DNA of 64,000 bases from an uncultured Smithella sp. (GTDB lineage: Bacteria; Desulfobacterota; Syntrophia; Syntrophales; Smithellaceae). A program made the position numbers and the translations under genes. The notes beneath the pieces were generated by a model. The model saw nothing but the letters and a program-made list of their open reading frames with translations, had not been told where the DNA came from and made no database searches. Positions 1-7,943 of this stretch are shown here, one piece after another. Numbering within the stretch: the first letter of the stretch is position 1; each line of letters begins with the position of its first letter. Location of the stretch: positions 1,148 to 65,147 of the forward strand of contig CAZWCA010000014.1 of NCBI GenBank assembly GCA_964632255.1. The letters are read 5' to 3'.

Positions 1-199
1 CTTCGCTTAATTCTGTTATTACTCTATTTAATGTCTCAATTTGTGCTTTTGCTATTTCAGAATAGGCCTCAATTTGCCCCTGACATTCACAATAATCTTG
101 AGCATCTAATTGCGTAGCCTCTGCTATGACGGTTAAGGCGCCTTTCATTGTTTTAAGGCTAAACAAGGCACTATCGACTTTAACTTCAATCATTGTCAT
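1..199 (-). CDS. hypothetical small protein (C-terminus beyond the window edge)
   Basis: Open minus-strand frame from ATG at 199 (MTMIEVKVDSALFSLKTMKG...). AAGGAG lies upstream. ATGA start/stop overlap with the 196-456 ORF. Confidence 0.4.
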   Translation of the reverse strand, partial: MTMIEVKVDSALFSLKTMKGALTVIAEATQLDAQDYCECQGQIEAYSEIAKAQIETLNRVITELSE

Positions 200-456
200 G
201 TAGTAGTCTCCTTTGCTGTATTTGACAGGAAATTGATATTAATAGTATCTATTATTTCCAGTACTTCACTAATTTGATCCATAATTTCGAGTAAAATTTT
301 GCTTTGACCACAAAAAACAAGGGGATCATCGGTTAATTTATCAGTACTTTCTATCAAATCGTTTAAGGTTTTTAACACCATTGCTTTGCTGTTGCAGCCT
401 AAAAGAATATTACTCGCTATAGCTAACTTGCCTTTTATATCGTCATGGGTTTTCAT
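196..456 (-). CDS. hypothetical small protein
   Basis: 86-aa ORF from the track. It overlaps its neighbours at both ends, suggesting translational coupling. No family recognised. Confidence 0.45.
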   Translation of the reverse strand: MKTHDDIKGKLAIASNILLGCNSKAMVLKTLNDLIESTDKLTDDPLVFCGQSKILLEIMDQISEVLEIIDTININFLSNTAKETTT

Positions 457-824
457 TATTGCGTTACCTCCGGCCCTTGTGCTTTATTCACCTCGCAAGG
501 CTCAAAAATTATATCAAAAATTGTTTCCGGCTTTATTCTGTTCTGTGCATAGGACGCCCTTACAAGTTTGATCATTCCGTGATTTTTTATAACGTAACCA
601 ATAGTTGTATTTATTTTTTCTTCGACTCTTTGCAAAAGAATTTCGGCTATGTTAGCCATTTTTTGAGCTTCATCATCATCAAAGACCATACCGAGAAAAT
701 CTTTCAGGGGTTCTAATACACAAGAAATCATGAAATCTAATTCATCTTCGTATGTGCTAATTTCTCCTTCCGTATCACAATAGACAACCTTACCGTTTTT
801 ATTTTGCTTGGTAACCTTTTCCAT
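456..824 (-). CDS. hypothetical acidic protein
   Basis: 122-aa ORF. GGAGGA lies 6-7 nt upstream of the ATG at 824. No family recognised. Confidence 0.5.
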   Translation of the reverse strand: MEKVTKQNKNGKVVYCDTEGEISTYEDELDFMISCVLEPLKDFLGMVFDDDEAQKMANIAEILLQRVEEKINTTIGYVIKNHGMIKLVRASYAQNRIKPETIFDIIFEPCEVNKAQGPEVTQ

Positions 825-1061
825 TTCTCGTCCTCCAAATAAAAATAACCCCTGGAAGACCTCTCACGGCCATAGGGTGCCGCCTGTCCGTCACCGGTTC
901 AGGAATCTTCCAAGGGTTTATTTAAAATAGTCATATTCTGTTTTTACTACCCTGTGTTTTGAGAGTTCATCTATGTTTCTATGTAACAATGTAGAAAAAG
1001 AAAGTCAAATGAATTTTCTATTTAAATTGATTTCTATATATTCATGTGGTAAAAAGACTTT

Positions 1062-1229
1062 ATGGATGAACAAAGAAAAAATTATAATACGACACTGAAG
1101 GCCTCTATCATTAAGAAGCTAAAAATCCTTTCCGCTGAAATAGACAAGCGTCAAAATGATCTTCTTGAAGAAGCTATTGAAGATTTACTGAAGAAATACG
1201 GCAATCAAGATAAGGTAGGAAAAAAATAG
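1062..1229 (+). CDS. ribbon-helix-helix (CopG/Arc-like) DNA-binding protein, 55 aa, below the ORF-track cutoff
   Basis: My own translation gives MDEQRKNYNTTLKASIIKKLKILSAEIDKRQNDLLEEAIEDLLKKYGNQDKVGKK. The pattern is a beta-strand (TTLKASI) followed by two helices, as in RHH proteins. It is the only plus-strand ORF in the element. Confidence 0.55.
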   Translation: MDEQRKNYNTTLKASIIKKLKILSAEIDKRQNDLLEEAIEDLLKKYGNQDKVGKK

Positions 1230-1395
1230 GAAACCGTCGCGTTTAAACGCCCTATAAGGCACGATCTCCCCTTGGCGGCTATGAAGCCCTTCACATAAGA
1301 ACGTTCGTTCTATCAAAAAGCAAGAGGAACGATTTTTGTAATGGTTCACAGCCAGACAATCACTTGCCTTTTGATTGCCTGACTGTTCGCTTCTA

Positions 1396-2514
1396 CTATT
1401 TGCTCTGTTTATTCTCCGGCACAAAATCCGACATTCCCGGCATCAGATTGATAGGCTGCACGTCAAATGCTTGCGGCGGCATTATTACTAAATCTGCCGT
1501 CGTTCCATTGTCGTCAAGATGATAAGTAACTTCAGAAATAAGCCACATTTTTTTATTGATTCTAAGATTCGGAAAATCTACAAGTACAAGGCTGTTCGGT
1601 TCCCACAACTTTCCTTTTTTATCACGCCAACTATCGGCAGTTAAGGTCAATTGATTTCCTCTGCCTATTCTTCTATTGCATTCCCATGTGACACGCTTTT
1701 TCAGGACTTCGCCGCCTTCTGGATCACCCGTCTCGGCTATGATCATTAATTTACGGTTGCGGCTAATACCGCCATCTAATTCTACCCAAGTAAATTCATT
1801 TACCGGACTTATATCACCGAATATCCGCGCTGATATTAAGTAGCCCTGATATTCAAAAAAGCGCTGATCGTCTGAAAAAGACATTGTAGCGAACTGAGCA
1901 TTTTGTCCTTCGGTAAACCCACTGCTCATTTTGGACGTGCCAGCTCTACTTAAACACAGGCTGCCATCGGCCAGCTCATAGCAAAGAGGAGCGCGCCATC
2001 TGCATATTCTCTCTATGATCTGGTAAGCAGTTTCTCCCCTAATCTGGTTTAGCTGTTTTATTGGTTTGCCACCTTCTGCGCCTATTTCAACAACTTTAAT
2101 TCCGTAATAATGGGCAAGCTTTTGAGCTATGACCAAAACAGTTGATTCAGTTATTTGCCCGTGGGGATATTCCGCCGAACAGTCAACTAAGTCCTGACAC
2201 TTTCCCCGGCCTACAATCCTTATGGTGTGAGAGGTAGGCGTAATGCTTGGAATGTATCGATTGACATATCCGGTTATAACTGTGTCGTTGCCGATTTTGA
2301 CAACGCATGAATCACCCGGCTTGACGAGAATCTTTTCTGTTTCGCCTGGATAAAATTCTGTCATGGTAAAATCAAAGTGCGATGGACATATCTCAATACC
2401 GCGTGTGATTGATACAGATTCCCAGCCTGATATTTTTTGATTATTGGCTATTAATGTGATGTCGTCTGTTATTAAATTAAATCTCCTTTTAATTTGTTGG
2501 CTTTTCAATTCCAT
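1396..2514 (-). CDS. Mu gpP/gp44-like phage baseplate (late control D family) protein
   Basis: 372 aa. The length and the N-terminal pattern (ISGWESVSITRGIE..., GRGKCQDLVDCSAE) resemble Mu-like prophage tail protein gpP. Confidence 0.6.
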   Translation of the reverse strand: MELKSQQIKRRFNLITDDITLIANNQKISGWESVSITRGIEICPSHFDFTMTEFYPGETEKILVKPGDSCVVKIGNDTVITGYVNRYIPSITPTSHTIRIVGRGKCQDLVDCSAEYPHGQITESTVLVIAQKLAHYYGIKVVEIGAEGGKPIKQLNQIRGETAYQIIERICRWRAPLCYELADGSLCLSRAGTSKMSSGFTEGQNAQFATMSFSDDQRFFEYQGYLISARIFGDISPVNEFTWVELDGGISRNRKLMIIAETGDPEGGEVLKKRVTWECNRRIGRGNQLTLTADSWRDKKGKLWEPNSLVLVDFPNLRINKKMWLISEVTYHLDDNGTTADLVIMPPQAFDVQPINLMPGMSDFVPENKQSK

Positions 2515-3043
2515 ATTCCATCAAGAAATCTTTTAATGCTTCGGTTATGATATTTCTTAACATTTGCGCCATGTGTGCCGGATTGCTGCAATTGATCAAA
2601 TGCAATGCCTGTTCACTTGGGATCGCCATAAGCTTATTTCGTAAGCCTATACAGCGGGTAGAATTTATTTGATTGATCTTTTCAACTTCAATCAATCGGC
2701 CTTCCTGAATATCGGCTTCCCATTTAGCTTGACGCTTTTCATATTCGGCAATGGCAACTTTCTGAGCAGTTAAAAGGCGGTCAAGTTCTGCTTTGGGTAG
2801 GTCATTTAACTTTTCAAAATCATCACTGCTTAATAAAGCCGTGCTTCCCGGTAATGGCGGCTGGTTATCGTTAATGGGTGCAGAACGATATCTCTTAAGT
2901 TTTGCGTTGCTTTCTTCAACGTTGACCTTGCCATCATCTGCAAATGAGAGCCAGCCTTTCTTTCGCCACTTCGTGACCGCTGCTTTTGTAACGCCATGGA
3001 GCTTTCCATATTTGGTCATGGTCATTGTCTTTGTTGCTTTCAA
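2489..3043 (-). CDS. phage terminase small subunit-like protein (Nu1-type HTH)
   Basis: N-terminal HTH (YGKLHGVTKAAVTKWRKKGW), a coiled-coil middle region and LRNKLMAIPSEQALHL, resembling Nu1-family packaging proteins. It overlaps the downstream gpP-like gene by 26 nt. Confidence 0.5.
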   Translation of the reverse strand: MKATKTMTMTKYGKLHGVTKAAVTKWRKKGWLSFADDGKVNVEESNAKLKRYRSAPINDNQPPLPGSTALLSSDDFEKLNDLPKAELDRLLTAQKVAIAEYEKRQAKWEADIQEGRLIEVEKINQINSTRCIGLRNKLMAIPSEQALHLINCSNPAHMAQMLRNIITEALKDFLMEYGIEKPTN

Positions 3044-3313
3044 TTATTGTCTCCTTTTATGTCATGCATACAGTAGCACGATATACGCTTGTCATGTTAC
3101 CCCGGAATGCTTCAAGGTACTTCCTAATGCATTGAAATTACGCGGGTATTGCGCGCGCCCGACATTTCCCCAGCTATGGAATTTTTCAAAACTGGTTAAC
3201 TTGTCAAAGCAAGGTTTAATCAAAAACATTTAAGTTATTGAAAAAGCTCTGGAAAAATGCCGTGCTACATATCAACCAATTGTAAACCATTTTACTTTTG
3301 TTGGTTTACTAAA

Positions 3314-3344
3314 GGTCGGCCCCGAATGGCGAACGAAGCCGACC
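3314..3344 (-). terminator. hairpin downstream of the 3377-3931 gene
   Basis: GGTCGGC / GCCGACC 7-bp stem, followed on the minus strand by TTTAGTAAA. Confidence 0.4.
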
Positions 3345-3376
3345 AACAGCGGACTTGTTACTGCCGCCGCTATGGA

Positions 3377-3931
3377 TTACGAAAAATATTTTTTCAACAA
3401 CCCCGCCTTTTGATCTTCGATTTGAGGCCCGCTATTAGCAAAAAAGATTCTCTTGCAATGGTCGCCGCCATCAAAAGTGTACCAGCTCGACAACTCCCTT
3501 GCCGCTAGACTTTGAAGTAAGAGGGAACCTATAGCCTTTCTCGTTTTCTCTTCGAGTTCCTCAGCAACAAGAGCCCAGAACATTTTCTTTTCCAGTACAA
3601 CTTGTTGGCGTAATTCCTGGATTTTGGTTTTCAAACGAGCCTCTACTGGCACGCAGGCGGCGCAAATTGCTTCATGGTCTGCAACTTCGATTTCAATGTT
3701 TCGCACTTGGGCTCGTGCCGTTGCGAGGGTTTCCGTGGTTGCCGTATTGCAGACAATCGAATTAAGTGTCGTTTCAACGGCGTTTATTGCATCGGACAGC
3801 CGGTTTTTCGCCTCTGTCGCATCGGCTTGTGCTTTTTCTCTCGACCTTTGCGCATTTAACAAGTTTGTTTCTGTCGTTTTAAGTTCCGTTTCTAACTGAT
3901 CGATTTTGTTTTTTAATTCCTTGATTTCCAT
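3377..3931 (-). CDS. hypothetical coiled-coil protein
   Basis: 184-aa ORF. The N-terminal half is rich in heptad-like E/K/L/A sequence. No family recognised. Confidence 0.5.
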   Translation of the reverse strand: MEIKELKNKIDQLETELKTTETNLLNAQRSREKAQADATEAKNRLSDAINAVETTLNSIVCNTATTETLATARAQVRNIEIEVADHEAICAACVPVEARLKTKIQELRQQVVLEKKMFWALVAEELEEKTRKAIGSLLLQSLAARELSSWYTFDGGDHCKRIFFANSGPQIEDQKAGLLKKYFS

Positions 3932-3933
3932 AG

Positions 3934-4122
3934 TTATTTAATCCCCTTTTTGGTTGTTTTTCCGTTGACCTTCGCAAAGGCCTGGTCCCATCCGGCCCCT
4001 GTTTTTTTGTTTGAACTACTATGCTTGGCTTTTTTGAAGGCAGAGTCCCATTGATCGGCTGTACTTTGTCCGCCTGAGTTACCAGGTGCGAGGTGCGAAA
4101 AATCTAGATCATTACTTCCCAT
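3934..4122 (-). CDS. hypothetical small basic protein
   Basis: The start was moved to the internal ATG (MGSNDLDF...) because AAAGGAG lies 7 nt upstream. The longer track ORF would overlap the dnaB 3' end. Confidence 0.4.
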   Translation of the reverse strand: MGSNDLDFSHLAPGNSGGQSTADQWDSAFKKAKHSSSNKKTGAGWDQAFAKVNGKTTKKGIK

Positions 4123-4180
4123 AATTTTTTCTCCTTTTGGCCTATTTAGGCCTTTTGTTTCCGGTCTTTTGCCGGTTAAA

Positions 4181-5515
4181 TTATTTTGCCTCGATATCTG
4201 AAAACCGCGTCCGCTCTGCATCAAATATCATCTTGAATTTACCTGTGGACCCGTTCCTGTGTTTGCCAATAATGATTTCAGCAAAACCCCGTTCCGGATT
4301 GTCTTCTGAAGTGTTATAAACCTCGTCCCGGTAGAGAAATAAAACTACGTCTGCATCCTGCTCAATAGCGCCGGATTCTCTTAAATCTGACATTTGGGGG
4401 CGTCTGACGGTCCGGTCTTCGACCTTACGGGAAAGTTGAGATAGCGCGACCACGGGAATTTTCAATTCTTTTGCCAGAGCCTTTAGAGAACGGCTTATTT
4501 CGGCAATTTCTCTTTCTCGGGTGTCATGTCTGCCGGCAACCGTCATAAGCTGCAAATAGTCAACGATGATAAGGCCGATGTTATGCTCTATCTTTAGCCT
4601 GCGGGCCTTTGCCTTAAGCTGCATAGGTGTTAAAACCGAAGAGTCATCAATGAATAATGGCGCTTTGCTTATTTGATCTACGACTGACACAAGCCTTGAC
4701 CAATCAGCATCTCGGATAAAGCCACGTCTTAAATGTTTTCCGTTGATTCCGGATTGTGAAGAAAAAACACGAGTCATAAGAGATTCCCCGGACATTTCCA
4801 GGGAAAAAAGGGCAACAGGTACACCTGATAAAATGGCATTTTCTGCGATGTTTACAGCAAAGGCCGTTTTACCCATTGATGGCCTTGCGGCAATAATGAT
4901 TAACTCTGAGCTTTGAAGGCCGGATGTCCAGCTGTCTAAAGCCCGAAAGCCAGTTGACAGCCCTGTTATAGTATTTTTATTATTGTATCGTTTTTCGATT
5001 TCGTTGAAAGTTGCTCTGCAGAGCTCTTGAGCTGCTTTGAAATCGCTCTGTTTATCATTTACGGAAATGTTCATTAAAGCATGTTGGGCCATATCCAGGA
5101 GTTCTGCAGGGCCTTCCGTGTGTCCGGAGTAAACATTCTCGATTGTTTCTTCCGCTACGTTCAGGATCTGCCTTTTAACGGCATGATCTTTTACAATACG
5201 GCAATAGTGGAAAACATTCGCCGCGGATATTGCGTTGTCCAGGATCTCGGCAATAGATACATGCCCGCCTATTTTTTCCAGTTGTCCCTTTTGTGAAAGG
5301 TGATTGCAAAGACATATTGAATCGATTTTCTTGCCAGTGTTCGAAAGCTCAATCATTGCCTTGTAGATGGTCCCGGCTGCATCAGAATAGAAATCATCAG
5401 GCGAAATCATAGGCAGGCATATATTAAGCGCCTTGTTTTCCAAAAGAACAGCGCCAAGGATTGCCCGCTCTGCATCGGGATTATGTGGGGGAACTCGATA
5501 TTGATCTTTATTCAT
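4181..5515 (-). CDS. dnaB: replicative DNA helicase DnaB
   Basis: 444 aa. N-terminal ERAILGAVLLEN motif, Walker A ARPSMGKTAFAVNIA, then LIIVDYLQLM and SQLSR motifs. Confidence 0.9.
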   Translation of the reverse strand: MNKDQYRVPPHNPDAERAILGAVLLENKALNICLPMISPDDFYSDAAGTIYKAMIELSNTGKKIDSICLCNHLSQKGQLEKIGGHVSIAEILDNAISAANVFHYCRIVKDHAVKRQILNVAEETIENVYSGHTEGPAELLDMAQHALMNISVNDKQSDFKAAQELCRATFNEIEKRYNNKNTITGLSTGFRALDSWTSGLQSSELIIIAARPSMGKTAFAVNIAENAILSGVPVALFSLEMSGESLMTRVFSSQSGINGKHLRRGFIRDADWSRLVSVVDQISKAPLFIDDSSVLTPMQLKAKARRLKIEHNIGLIIVDYLQLMTVAGRHDTREREIAEISRSLKALAKELKIPVVALSQLSRKVEDRTVRRPQMSDLRESGAIEQDADVVLFLYRDEVYNTSEDNPERGFAEIIIGKHRNGSTGKFKMIFDAERTRFSDIEAK

Positions 5516-6288
5516 GCCAAATTCTCCAAAGGTTCGCAGTTAATACAGCCTCCGCCAAAACGGTCTGAAGGCGGAATTTGTGAGTGACAACGGGGACAAA
5601 TTGAAATTGAGGTTATTTCTCTAGCCGTTTCTTTTACTGCCGGCAAAGATGAAACCGCTTCATTTAGATAACGGTCAAAGTTAGAAGGCCGGAATAAGGT
5701 TTCCGGATTTAAAAATTTTGGGTTTGTTATGAAGTAAGGATCAATGATTTTCGTATCTATAACACGCTTACAGTCTTCAACGGTCCGTCCTTCTTTTAGA
5801 CGGGCTTCAATGTGTTTTGTGTTCCTATATTGCTTACCCGTTTTTTGATTAAGATAAAAAAGAACTTCTCGACTATATATATTTATATTCTTATATTCTT
5901 TTATTCTTGTATGTGGCCCTTTGTTGGTCACTTGTTGGTCGTTTAGCTGGTCGTTTTCATTTTCTTGTGATTGGTAAATACTCCAATTTACAATAGTAAT
6001 TACAGAAAATTTGTTGGTCGTTTTGATGGTCAAATTTCCGGCCTTTTTCAGAAATTCAAGAATAGTGCGGATTTCCCGCTCTGTAAGACCAGTCTCCTTT
6101 GATGCTTTTTTCCGGCCAAAGATAAATTGACCCGGCATAAGGTGAACAACTTGCAAGCCTATGATTGCATTAAATTCTTTATAACTGGCTTTCAGTAAGC
6201 AATATGTCCAAAATACCCACAGCTTATGATTTTTAAGCCAACCGGAATCTAATACTTTGCGCCATGTGCGAATATAGCCCCGATTCAT
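5512..6288 (-). CDS. phage replication initiator/helicase-loader-like protein (N-terminal wHTH plus conserved phage C-terminal domain)
   Basis: The C-terminal segment LNQKTGKQYRNTKHIEARLKEGRTVEDCKRVID...LFRPSNFDRYLNE fits the conserved phage replication-protein C-terminus. There is a terminal CPRC...CINC zinc ribbon. A 4-nt overlap links it to dnaB. Confidence 0.65.
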   Translation of the reverse strand: MNRGYIRTWRKVLDSGWLKNHKLWVFWTYCLLKASYKEFNAIIGLQVVHLMPGQFIFGRKKASKETGLTEREIRTILEFLKKAGNLTIKTTNKFSVITIVNWSIYQSQENENDQLNDQQVTNKGPHTRIKEYKNINIYSREVLFYLNQKTGKQYRNTKHIEARLKEGRTVEDCKRVIDTKIIDPYFITNPKFLNPETLFRPSNFDRYLNEAVSSLPAVKETAREITSISICPRCHSQIPPSDRFGGGCINCEPLENLA

Positions 6289-6476
6289 AGACTGGACCTC
6301 CGGGGATTATCACCGAAACGCGCATTAAATAATACTGCAAGCTCTTCGTCATTAGTATTGACTTGACCCTTTTCGTCTGCCAGCTCACAAAGCAAAAGGA
6401 GCATATTTGCCGCCACTGGGTCTTTCCGGTAAATCCGATTATAGTCACGTTTAAATTTACGGTTCGGTGTGAACAT
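6285..6476 (-). CDS. hypothetical small protein
   Basis: 63-aa ORF coupled by a 4-nt overlap to the replication gene. Confidence 0.4.
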   Translation of the reverse strand: MFTPNRKFKRDYNRIYRKDPVAANMLLLLCELADEKGQVNTNDEELAVLFNARFGDNPRRSSL

Positions 6477-6484
6477 GCTTTTTC

Positions 6485-6658
6485 TTACCCTCGCCCAAAT
6501 AGCTTTTTAATCCAGCCGAAATGTCCCGGATCCAGTAGACGGTTTAAAGCCTTTTCAAGTGTCGCCTGATCTTTTTCATTTCCAGCATTCAAAAAAATTG
6601 CCTGAATATTCCCTTTGTTGTCGAATTCAAAAAGCGCTGTTATTTTATTTTCGCTCAT
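6485..6658 (-). CDS. hypothetical small protein, 57 aa, below the ORF-track cutoff
   Basis: My own translation gives MSENKITALFEFDNKGNIQAIFLNAGNEKDQATLEKALNRLLDPGHFGWIKKLFGRG. GGTGGGGG lies 5 nt upstream of the ATG. Confidence 0.4.
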   Translation of the reverse strand: MSENKITALFEFDNKGNIQAIFLNAGNEKDQATLEKALNRLLDPGHFGWIKKLFGRG

Positions 6659-6673
6659 AATTCCCCCACCTGC

Positions 6674-6889
6674 TTATCGAGCCCGTCCCGCAAGCCATGC
6701 AACGTAGGGATACTTAGGATATCCGATCTTACGGCCAATTCTGATACGTTCCGGCCCTTTTCCAGCGCTATCAAGGTTCGCTTGGTATTTTTCGTTGATC
6801 ATGCCTCCAGTAAATTTTTTGATTTCCGTCCGTGCGATAATCTGAGAGGGCCATTTATCGGCCATTTGAATAAAAATTGAATCATCCAT
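6674..6889 (-). CDS. small HTH DNA-binding protein (excisionase/AlpA-like candidate)
   Basis: The start was set at MDDSIFIQ... because AGGAGG lies upstream. The C-terminal RIGRKIGYPKYPYVAWLAGR is typical of Xis/MerR-type HTH proteins in integrative elements. Confidence 0.45.
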   Translation of the reverse strand: MDDSIFIQMADKWPSQIIARTEIKKFTGGMINEKYQANLDSAGKGPERIRIGRKIGYPKYPYVAWLAGRAR

Positions 6890-6947
6890 AAAAAACCTCC
6901 TAATAATCATTTAAATTTCCCGTGTGATTTATTAGGAAGTCTAACTT

Positions 6948-6975
6948 TGTCAGATAGCTGACATGTCAAGTGACA
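6948..6975. promoter_or_regulatory. two abutting TGTCA/TGACA palindromes (candidate operator)
   Basis: TGTCAGatagCTGACA (6948-6963) is directly followed by TGTCAagTGACA (6964-6975). Confidence 0.4.
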
Positions 6976-7001
6976 AAAAAGCCGGAGAAATCCGGCTTTT
7001 A
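6975..7001. terminator. bidirectional intrinsic terminator
   Basis: AAAAAA GCCGGA gaaa TCCGGC TTTT. 6-bp GC stem with a GNRA loop, a T-run on the plus strand and a T6 run on the minus strand after the 7103-7855 gene. Confidence 0.6.
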
Positions 7002-7048
7002 GTCTTATAATTATTTGATTTATTAATGATTTATAGAATTGTTACACC

Positions 7049-7075
7049 TTGTCACTCTCATTGTCACTTGTGACA
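7049..7075. promoter_or_regulatory. TTGTCAC direct repeats plus a TGTCACttGTGACA palindrome (candidate operator)
   Basis: TTGTCAC occurs at 7049-7055 and 7061-7067. The palindrome spans 7062-7075, just downstream (minus sense) of the orphan cargo gene. Confidence 0.4.
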
Positions 7076-7102
7076 TTTTGCAACATGGTTTATTTTTTTG
7101 GC

Positions 7103-7855
7103 TCATTGAATTGCTTTTTTCAAGGACTTTTCCCACTTACCGCAAAGCCTTTTCCCTCTTTGTGTTATTGCGTTATTAGTAATGTGGATACCTTCTTTTA
7201 ATAGACCCATTGCTCGATAAAGTACCGAATATTCAATCCTATAAACATAGTGCAAATTATATGCTATTTCTGGATCACTCTTTCCTTCAGTGCGGCTTTT
7301 TTTAATATAGGAATCATAATCCATTGAATGAATGTCTTCATTTTTGTCGCTTAAATTTTGTTGTTGCTGATATGCCACAACGTCGCTTTTTTTAACAAAT
7401 ATTTCGTCTAGTACTTCAGAGATCATCTTTGAATTTAGCTGTGATATCGGGTAATGCTTAGGCTTAGATTTATTATTGAAGTCATTTCGAAAAAAAGCCC
7501 GGTCCCATGCATTACAAAAATTATCATGCCCGCTCCACCATCCCATTTCTATTGCCATTTTTTTAAGCGGTTCGAGCCTTTTGTTTTCCAACAGATCATA
7601 AACGGTAAGACGTCCATTTCTTCCATCGAATTCATTACCATATGCGCCATAAGCCGGTAATATGGTTTCATTCAAGATATTCACGCCAAGCAATTTTCCC
7701 CACTCTTTCCTTGAAAGAATAGAATCTTTCGGTATTTCGCTTATATTCGAGTATTGCGTTGGGATATTTAGGATAAGTCTCAAAAATTCATTGTCAGTCA
7801 TTTCCAGCATTTTTCCAGCCGTTTTTGCGCTAATTAGCCCATTGGTATTGCTCAT
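7103..7855 (-). CDS. hypothetical protein (orphan cargo next to the integrase)
   Basis: 250-aa ORF with its own terminator. No family recognised. Confidence 0.55.
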   Translation of the reverse strand: MSNTNGLISAKTAGKMLEMTDNEFLRLILNIPTQYSNISEIPKDSILSRKEWGKLLGVNILNETILPAYGAYGNEFDGRNGRLTVYDLLENKRLEPLKKMAIEMGWWSGHDNFCNAWDRAFFRNDFNNKSKPKHYPISQLNSKMISEVLDEIFVKKSDVVAYQQQQNLSDKNEDIHSMDYDSYIKKSRTEGKSDPEIAYNLHYVYRIEYSVLYRAMGLLKEGIHITNNAITQRGKRLCGKWEKSLKKAIQ

Positions 7856-7943
7856 TGCTTTCCCTCAAGCTCCCTATGAAGTTGGGGAAGCCGGTAGGGT
7901 GCCCGGCTTGTCGCGTTGCAATCGCTATCCCCCTCAATTTTAT

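Noticed and set aside
847-918. Possibility that the 72-nt structured element is a tRNA
   Set aside because: The closing stem is about 13 bp rather than 7. No D-arm, T-arm or TTCGA-like loop could be placed on either strand.
1185-1424. 79-aa minus-strand ORF
   Set aside because: It overlaps the 3' end of the RHH gene and the hairpin at 1349-1385. It is rich in Cys and Arg, has low-complexity composition and has no RBS.
2793-3233. 146-aa plus-strand ORF
   Set aside because: It is antisense to the terminase-small-subunit-like gene and runs into the intergenic region. It has no RBS and no recognisable motifs.
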